DNA of 64,000 nucleotides, taken from positions 1,860,001 to 1,924,000 of the forward strand of contig CAVNZM010000010.1 of NCBI GenBank assembly GCA_963693365.1. Reading direction: 5' to 3'. Every line of letters begins with the position of its first letter. Position 1 is the first letter of the stretch. This document shows, in pieces, positions 37,368 through 64,000 of this stretch. Source of the stretch: Amoebidium appalachense. Lineage: Eukaryota; Protista; Ichthyosporea. Both the position numbers and the translations under genes were made by a program. Below the pieces are notes generated by a model. The model searched no databases. It worked only from the letters and a program-made list of their open reading frames with translations, and was not told the DNA's origin.

Positions 37368-38199
37368 TCAGTCATCGCCGATTGCAATCACCTTCTGAAT
37401 CGCTTCCACGTGACGCTCACCCATGGCCATACCCAAAATATCATTTCCAATCACGGCCTCCGCACACACACTCACTCCCGACACACTAACATTGCTCACT
37501 TCTTCGGACGTTTTCTTTTTGCCCTCCTCGCAGCTTTCAACACTGCCGCTCTCCTTCCGACTGTTGCCGACCACCCCAATCGCGCCACCTGATCCGCCGC
37601 CAAATACAATCACGTCAAAACTCCCCATCTCACCAAGCCCCCCCAAATGCCCACTAGCCAAGCTAACCCCACCAGCGACGCTCACCGATCCCGCAATTGA
37701 CGTCGAATCCTCGGATCCCATGCGGTTCAAGCTTGTGATGCCCAACTCTTCCTCGATCCGCGCTATCTGCCTTTTGAGAATCAGGATTATGCTCTCGGCC
37801 AGATCCTTATCGATTGTGCATTCTGCGATCTTGGCGTTGCACTGCGCCAGTTGGCGGCCAATCTCTATCTGCTGCTCGGGCTTGTCTACGGCCGAAAGCA
37901 TCGCCTTGAGCTTGCTGTGGAACTCCCGCTCTTTGAAGAGCTCTGCCTCAATCTGGACGTGGAGAGGGAGGGGGTGGAAGGGGGGGCCGGGAAGGGGGGA
38001 TGGAAGGAAGCGGAGAGGGTGTTAAAACGATTACACAGTACGAATTACAATCTCACAATGCAGAAGGTAATGTGGAGGGCACTCACATAGGATATGGCAA
38101 CGTGAGAATGTTAACCCCCCCCCCCCCTCCTCCCCCCACCCTTCTCTCACCCCAATACCTTTGAATCTGCCTCCCCTTCTCAAAATCCCCCCAACCCCT

Positions 38200-38234
<35 letters not shown>

Positions 38235-39202
38235 CACACGACCACCACTACCACCACCACCCAATCGTGGACTCCAGTCATCCGCATTAATACTATTGCA
38301 AAACAGGACATATAGGAATATCACAATAAAATACACCCAACTCAGGCACAACTTCAATGGGTGGTACGGTGGGTGTGTGGGTGTGGGGGGGAGGGGGGAT
38401 GCGGATATGTCCCCCCCTCCCCCCTCCTCCCCCCATCCCACCTGAGAGGTCTCCCCCTCCCTACCACCCCCCCCCCCCCCCTCCCCCCTTCACCCACCCC
38501 CCACCCTCCTCCCGGTCCTGCAGACATTACCACCCGCATTTCAGAAGGTGTATGAGGGGGGGGGGGGGGGAGGGGGGGGAGGGGGGTCCACCCGTGCATG
38601 CAGTCCTTCTTGGTACTTCAGCATCTCCCGGCGTTCTTTAAGCGTAAGGGGTGGGCCCTGATCCATGTCCTTTAAAGATGTGGGGGTGGTGGGCAAGCTA
38701 CTGACAGGGCTAACCCAGCTGCTGTTAACGGGGGTCAAACCAGTGGGCGTCTTTGGTGCATCGTTGAATGACGGATTCTTTGGAAGGGCAAACATGCCTG
38801 CAAAGGAGTAAGATTGAATACAGAGTCAGAGATTCATCTTTGTTGATGTGCCCCCCCCCCCCCCCCCCCCCCCTCCCTGCCTTCCCCGGCAGTCACGTCC
38901 TCCCACCCATATACCCAATCGCTGGCCTACCACCCACCCGTCTGCCCACCCCCTTTTTTAACAAAAGAACGAAGATGGGGGAGGGGGGAAGGAGCTGTAT
39001 GTGTATGCATGTGGGGAACGAGGGAACGGAGGAGTATAATCATCAGAGGGTTGCAAGCATGAAGGTAAGGGAAGTAAAAAACTGCGCCAAAAACAACAGA
39101 AACCAAACTAATAAGCAGGGGAGCAGAGTGTGTCATCATTATGGGATTCCCTATTCTCCCACCGGAAAACAAAATTAGAATAAGAAAAAAGTGTGTGTGT
39201 GT

Positions 39203-39239
<37 letters not shown>

Positions 39240-39307
39240 CGTGTGTGTGTGTGTGTGCGCACGCGCGCGTGTGTGTGTGTGTGCGTGTGTGCGTGTGTGT
39301 CTGTGTG

Positions 39308-39376
<69 letters not shown>

Positions 39377-40228
39377 GGCGCACGCACGTGTGTGTGTGTG
39401 TTTGTGTGTGCATCAATGTGTGAGTGTGTGTTTGTGCATACGTGCATACGTGGTGTGCGTGTATGTGTGCGTGTGTAAAACACACGCAAAGGTATTGAAG
39501 AGCCATAAAAATTAACAACACGAACCAGTAAAATGAGTTTTCAGGAAGGACGTGAACTGGCCCTGGGGTGGGGTGGGGGCTGAAAGGGGGGGACGTATCA
39601 ATTCGAGTGTTTTAATCATAAAAGCCATAAAAAAAACAAAAAAAACAACAACAATCAACCACATCACAATAGCCAGGGGAGGGGGGGGGGGGGGGGGGGG
39701 GCAGGAGGGGGAGGGGGAGGGGGCATTACAAAGTCTCAAATTAAAGATGAATAGCATGGACATCCACAGACAATAAAAAAAAAAGAGCTTCAAAACCGAA
39801 ACTTTGAAATGAAATGAGGAGACACTTGCCTTGCGCCGCATGGGGGGGCTGGGGGGCGGGGGGTGTGGGTGTGTGTGTGTGGGGGGGGAGGGGGGGGGGG
39901 GAGGGAGGGTCGAAATCAGCTTGGCAAACATAAAATCTTGAACCAGAAAACAAAAAAAGAGTTACAGAATCCAAGCCAGACGTAAGGGTGCAGGCAAAAG
40001 TCTCCTACATTACGTGCACCGCGGGGCCGAGGGGGGGTGGAGGGTGTGGGGGTGGGAGGTGGGGTGACGTATGCATTACATTGCTAGAAACAGGGAGGAT
40101 GAGACCTCAAGACACAGCAAAAATATAAGCTCCCAAGAGGGAGGACCAGGGAGAGAGGGAGGGGTTGCTGGAAGGGGGAGGTGGTGAAATGTGGGTGAGG
40201 GGAGGAGGGGGCGAGGGGGAGAGGGGGG

Positions 40229-40259
<31 letters not shown>

Positions 40260-40673
40260 AGGGGCTGGGGATTTACCCAGTGCTGTGCCGATGAGTGATG
40301 GTCTGTTCTGGAAGCTCTTTGACCTGCCCATGTTGTCTCTCTTCTTAACTCCGGCAAACAGGTCCGCTACCATCCCCGACCCACCATCCCCCTTTCCCTG
40401 CCCCCCGGACTTATCCCCAACAGACAGCCTGTGTTGGAACTTCTTCTGTTTTGGCATCTGAGGCGAATGGAACAGGTTGTTCATCTCGTCAATACCGGGG
40501 GGCTTGGCTGCCGCCTCCGGAGGAAGAAGAGGAGGTGGCGGTGGTGGCAAAGCGTGTGAAAGAGCAAAGAGATTGGCTGTCGAGTGGCTGATGCCCCTGG
40601 CCGTTGAAGATCGATGAGGGGGAGGGACTAAGGGGGGGCTCCTCGATGACTGTATGTGAGCTGTGTGTGTGTG

Positions 40674-40708
<35 letters not shown>

Positions 40709-41640
40709 CATGTGTGTGTGCTAGTGCGTAACGGAGTGGTTGTTCCGGGGGGCCGGGGGGGGGGGGGGGGGGGGAGGGAGGGCGGGAATAAAAGAGGGTA
40801 TTCGTGAATGTGCGTGTGCTTGTGCTTGTATGCGTGTTTGAACCGTGTGTGTGAAGGTGTGGAGAGGAAGAAAAGAACGAAAAAAACCGTTTAGAATGTG
40901 CATTATGAAAGGGGGAAGCACACTTGTTTTGTCAGATGCAAGGGGGAACGATCCCCGCCCCCCCCCCCCCCCCCCCGGGGGATCTGCTCATCCACATCCC
41001 TTCCATTCTTCGTCCCCTCGCCCACATCCACATTTCTGCTAAAATCTATTCATTTGCAACCTTGCATTGGACAGCAATTTCTTTCCCCCCCCCCATCCCC
41101 CCCCCCCCCCCCCTCCCCCTGCCTCCTCCCCCCCCCTTCCCTCTCCTACCGCCTCCCTTCTCCCCCCCCCCCCCTGCCTCCCCCCCCCCCTTCCCTCTCC
41201 ACCGCCTCTCCCCCCCCCCCCCCCCCCCCGACTGCCTTGCCGTGGGCCCAAATCTGACCCCTACCCAGTTCTCTGTCTTTCCCTTTCTCCCCACCCATCG
41301 GCAAAACAGGCCTTGCGACAATATCAACAAAAACAACTTCTCCTTTCCTCCATCAATAGCCCTCTCTTTCCCTGCCCCACATCACCCCCGCCCCCCTCCC
41401 CCCCTTTGCTTCCCCTCCCCACAAAACCCTTTCCCCAACCTCTCTACCCCCTCAGCAGGTTCTCACACACAAGTACTTGCACACTCAGTTGAATGAGCAA
41501 CCGCACACAACCACACATCCACACACACGCGGGCTTGCACACACTCACACAAGAATTCACATACACACGCAAACAAGCACAAACGCAAGCATACAAACAA
41601 AGACACACACACACATACACACACACATACACACTCTCAT

Positions 41641-41687
<47 letters not shown>

Positions 41688-42368
41688 CACACACACACAC
41701 ACACACACACACCTCTCATCAACCTCGTAGTGCACCGAGGTCATTGGGTGCAAGCTGGATGACCTCTTAGTCTTTGGCGTTGTCTGCGGTGACACCCCAT
41801 TCCCTCCTCCCACACTGGAATGATTGGAATTCGCGGAATTTAAGCTTTCGTCCTGAATCACGCTGAACCTCTCCCTGCCAAACATGCCGGTCCTCTTCCC
41901 CGTCGCCCCATCGTGCTGTGTCCTGTGCCTACGGAGAATGTTCCCGGGCTTACTAGTCCCCGATGATGACGTTACGTTTTGAACCGCCGTGGCCAAGGTG
42001 TCGAAGAGGCTCGACTTGCGCCGCGAGTTGGGTGTGAGGGTGGGTGCGCACGATGTAGACTGTGACTGTGGTTCCAGGTCTCGCTGCGACGGTACCTCCT
42101 CCATTTTCCCTCCTTTGTTGCTTTCTGGTTTATAGTTTATGGTTTTTTTTCCACCGGGAAAGAAGTGGGGAAGGTGGGGGGAGGGGTGGGGGGGGGGGGG
42201 GGGGGGGGGGGGGGTTGTGTGTCTTCTTTGGTTTCCTGGAAAGTTGGGGGGAGGGGAGGGGGGAAAGGGGGGAAGACTGGTTAGTTGAAGAAAAGGTAGA
42301 GTTATAAGGGAAGTTGAATTGGAGCGTGGGTGAGTGGTAAATGGATGGGGTGACGAAGGGGGGGGGAA

Positions 42369-42406
<38 letters not shown>

Positions 42407-42984
42407 TTGTGTGATTGTGTGTGGTTTTTTTCCTTTTTCTTTTTTCTTTCTTTTTTTTCTTTCCTTTTCCATTTTTTTTTTTTTTTTTTGTGGGGGGGGG
42501 GGGGGGGGGGGGGGGGGGGGATTGTCGACTGAGGATGGAAATAAGGAAGGTACAGACAGAGGTCAAAGGGGTAGAGGGCCGGGGCCGGGGCCGGGGCCGG
42601 GGAAAGGGGGAAGGGGGGGAGGAGGGAGAGAAATGAGGTTGGGATGCGGAATAAGGGAGTGAAGGGGGAGGGATGATGTATGCATTAGTCGGTGGCAATC
42701 ATTGAAGCAATGCAATCGGAAAAGCCACAAAAACAAAACACAGAGCACAATCAGAAACAATGGCGCAGACAGCAGACGTATAAACAGACTCCGTAATCAT
42801 GCAGGTTTTTATGCCTCACAAAAGTCTTCCGGGGGGGGGGGGGGGGGGGAGGGGGGAAGCGGGGGGAGGGGAGGGAGGGGGTGGTGGTGGTGGTGGTGGG
42901 GGGGGGGGGGGATGTAGGGATAGGGTATAGTCAAGGTCACAAACATGGAACGCAAGGGAAGTACAACTCACGTGCGCGGGTCAT
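37368..42984 (-). CDS. Hypothetical protein (~520 aa), Ser/Pro-rich with an HR1-like (Rho-binding type) coiled coil
   Basis: Exons 42972-42984 (tentative start; alternative ATG at 42104), 41724-42124, 40277-40649, 38592-38797 and 37368-37952 are phase-consistent. Segment [49 protein letters not shown] resembles an HR1 antiparallel coiled coil; the domain call is inference. Confidence 0.65.
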
Positions 42985-43799
42985 GGATAGAATATCGGGG
43001 AGAGGGTGGAGAGAACGGGAGGTCGAGACACAGTGCCCCTAGGGAAAATAGGGAGTGTGGGGAAGGGGAGGGGGTTAGATTTCGGTCACAGAAAAGGTAA
43101 GGAATCAAAATGGAAATCAAAAGTCGACGGAATACACAGACAAAGTGCGTAGTAACTTGAAAGTGAACAGGATCTTTAGGGGAGTGAACCCGTCAACAAT
43201 ACCCCTAGTGAAGGGGGGGGGAGGGGGGGGGGGGGGGGGGGGTCAAGACCGTCAAGTCTTTGGGGTTTGGGCTCATAAGGGCAGGGTAATTGTGCTTATC
43301 AAAGGAATAGTGTGCTAACATCGCCGTGTGTATGTATGTGTGTGCTTCATGGTGGTGGGCTGTATATTATGTGAGAGTGAGAGGGAGGAGGGAGGGAGGG
43401 GAAGGTGGGGGGAGGGGCAGGAGGGGGGGGGGGGGAGGGGGGGGGGGGGGGGGGAAGGGAGGCTAGAGAAACAGTCGACTTCGTTGCGCTCATGCATTCA
43501 AACCTGCCTATGTGTGAGGATGGCTGTGATGTGCAACATACAGTATCTTCGCCACAGAGACTTCTGGGTGTGACCGTGTTTACTTGCTTGAATAGTGTGA
43601 GTGCCTCTGTCATATGGTATTATGATTTGGTTAGTGTGTGCTCGGGTGTGGAGCGGGTGTGTGTGCGCATGTGCTTTTGTCTGTGTAGGCGTGCAGTTGT
43701 GTGTGCTTCTGTGTGCGTGTCTGTGTGTGTGTGTGTGTGGGTAGGTGAGTGTGCGTGTGTGTGTGTTTGTGCGGATGTGTGTGTGTGTGTATGCGTGTG

Positions 43800-43897
<98 letters not shown>

Positions 43898-44964
43898 AAT
43901 TTGTGTGCCACGGCTCGTGTGTGTTTGTATGTGTGTGCGCATGTTCGTATGTGAGCTTCTATCTGCAGGTGAAAACGTTATCCAAATCCCCAAACCCCCT
44001 CCCTTCCCTCAACCTCCTCCTCCCCCCAATAGAAATCTGGAAGCTTGTGCTTTGCCCTTCCAGACACCGAACAAAGTTCTTGTCAGATTCGGTTGTGGGA
44101 CCTCACCTGATGTTTTTCAAGCCGATTGAAAGATTTTGCTCCCACTGCCCTTGAATTCCTCCGAAACAACCGAGATAGTAGAAAAAGATATGTTATGAGG
44201 ATGGATTAGGTTGAAGATGTATTTTTGGAGTAATGTGTTGGGAGGCAGTAAGAGAGAGATCTAGATGATCTGGTCGTGTCACACACACACACCGCTTGTA
44301 GGGTGACGCTGTAGCTATGTGCACGTAAATCGGTGTGGCGTTTCAATTTATAAAAAACTTCTGAACCTGCTATCAAGTCAAAGTGTGCTTTTACTACGAG
44401 TTTTTTTTATATTTTATGATCCCCAAGTCCCTGTTCCCAAACACAACTCGGGCTAGCGCTACGCCTCCTCTCGATCCGTGAGATTGCCATAGGCTGGCAA
44501 TGCGAAAACATTTCAACTTCACCTAGCGCTCTTATTCCGTAACGGTGTAAAACTGAACTCTTAGGGAATTGGGAACGAAATTTTCTTCTCTTAGCTCTCA
44601 CATGTTATTTATGGAGCCTGAGGTGAATGAAGTGAAACAGTGGTAACGAAGACACGATAATGAAAACCTTGCACAACCTGGCCATGGGCGTTACGTGATT
44701 GGTGTGTCCGTGAGCCCTGGAGCAGGAAAGCCAAGCGCGTGACATTTACGAACAACAACTGTTTTCCAACTGTAAGATAAATTTATGATTTTCGTTTTCC
44801 AGGGCAATATAAAAGTTTTGGTTTTAGTGGATTGCCGATTTGCTTGATAGCGGGCACTTGATTGGTTACCTAAATTTTTGATAGCCTATCATAATCATGC
44901 TGTGACGTCACCAGACAACGGGATTCGCTCTCCGTCTGAGGGCCGCTCTCCCTCTCTCTCCCTA

Positions 44965-45001
<37 letters not shown>

Positions 45002-45391
45002 ACTCATAAATACACGCAGGCGTAGAACGATACCCCTGTGTGCACGCTAATATGCAGAGTGCACAAAATGATGCACGGCGGATCCGGATTTGCATGTGCA
45101 ATTTTAAAACTTTTGCAATGAATGGTCCATGGAGTGCGCACCCTTTTACTCCCTCTATTTTTCTGGCTTATATTTACTCCATACGCTAACGCTTATAACT
45201 ATTTCAGTGAGGTAGCGTTCCTTGCCTTAGCCTACCTCCAATGTTTATCCCAAACGCCTATGCAGCATTCCGGCCGCAAGCGCATCATCTGGCCCTATGG
45301 CGCAGCCCTCTAGCTCGGGCCCGAGACTAGCTAGTGCTAGTATACGTATATATATATGGTATACATAAGCCTCGAGATCTATGTACTCAGA

Positions 45392-45421
45392 CACGGCCAT
45401 CGGTGTTTCTAGATGGCCGTG
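45392..45421. mobile_element. 30-bp miniature TIR element with 9-bp target-site duplication
   Basis: GTACTCAGA (45383-45391) + CACGGCCATC-GGTGTTTCTA-GATGGCCGTG + GTACTCAGA (45422-45430). Perfect 10-bp inverted repeats directly abut a perfect 9-bp direct repeat. Confidence 0.75.
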
Positions 45422-46697
45422 GTACTCAGATCACCCAGATCTCCGGAGAAGCTGTGCACTTCCTTTCTTCCTCTTGAATGCAGGCACGTAGGAGACGGCG
45501 TGCGAAATAGGCCCCCACTTCCACGTGTGACCAAGTGAATGGTAGGCTACTCAAGATCAGTCGATCGTCTCTAAGTGCTAGCTCTAAAAGATTAGTACAC
45601 ATATTATTGGGGTTCTTTCTTTTTTCTTAGTAAATGCATACCTCCTGAATACGCGTGCGTGTACGCACGCATGCAGCACATGTGTACCTCGGCACATGAA
45701 CTTTTATTATGCATATTTCATTATCGCCTTACAAGTGGTGTCTCTAACGGCTTCGCACACCCCGGTGGAAAAGGGCATCCAAGTTCCAATCCAGTCAACC
45801 GTATGATGACCCAGTAGTACACACTAACAAGGTTTGAAATATTGCGCTGTATGCTGGTGCTGCCGTCGCAGATGTGTTGCAATTGGCTAGTGCTACAACT
45901 CTGCCTGAATGGGGCATGGTTATATGATTATATGACAGCGTATGCATTTTTACTTCAGATTTTAGCTGCCAAAATGAATTATGCTGCAAGGTAATAGTTG
46001 AAGAGTTACAGAGCAGTCTGGCAATACTGTATATTCAGCTGGCATGACATCATCAATGTTGTGGAGATACTGCATAAAGGGTTCGAGCCCTCAGATCGAT
46101 ACAAGTTTGAAGCCTTAATGAACCAATCAGATTGCTTAAGGATTTCTATTGGCCGAGTATGCACCACCTATACTTTCATGAAGCGAAATAGTACCTATTG
46201 GCTCAAAACATTTAAACAATGTTTTAGCTCGCTTTAAAAAGCATTTAAATATCTTTAATAAGCAATATTGCTTAAAATCATACAAGTCATACAACACGCC
46301 TTTTTCGGTGTAAATTTGACCCTCAGGAGTCCAGCATGTGCCGTGCATAGTCAAACGTTCGATTTTTTGGTTTTTCTTGACACACACACGCTCCATAGGT
46401 CTATATCACACATATGCTACACTTGAGTAGAAAGAAAAAGGGGAAATCGAACCATAAATAGCTGGACTACCTTTATTATAGTCAATGTCAAAAAATTTGC
46501 ACACGTACACAAAGTTGACAGTTGTCCAGGTACATGTGTCACCACCAATGAGAACACATACGTAATATGCATACGGTCCGCAGAACTTGTTGTGTATTAA
46601 GGGTGTAAGTCTACTTGAACAGTTGCCTGACCGTTTTAAACAAGCTCCCACAAATTTACTCGACAGTGAGGCTGCGCTGCTAGCTGCCTCAACGACC

Positions 46698-64000
<17,303 letters not shown>

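Overview
Eukaryotic, very intron-rich genomic DNA. Gene content suggests a unicellular opisthokont/holozoan, but that is an inference only. Almost all ORF-track entries are artefacts of intronic poly-C/poly-G and (CA)n/(GT)n/(CT)n tracts. Manual splicing (GT/GC-AG, phase-checked) gives seven genes: the 5' part of a 6-phosphofructo-2-kinase/fructose-2,6-bisphosphatase (minus, runs off the left edge); an 11-exon WDR12/YTM1; an intronless CDP-diacylglycerol synthase-like gene with altered catalytic motifs; a 6-exon orphan with a 27-nt microexon and an E2F-type promoter; a 5'-incomplete Spherulin-4/GH135-like gene beside a decayed non-LTR retrotransposon; an HR1-like coiled-coil protein; and a prominin-family gene of at least 25 exons with one GC-AG intron (plus, runs off the right edge). 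The most unusual signals are in the introns. A ~130-bp repeat family occurs only in introns and is always in host-sense orientation. Many acceptors are preceded by (CA)n rather than a polypyrimidine tract. Some introns have a mirror-ordered (GT)n-Gn...Cn-(CA)n fold-back layout. Two MITE-like elements are also visible, one only 30 bp long with a 9-bp TSD. Homopolymer lengths may be distorted by sequencing, and no database searches were possible.
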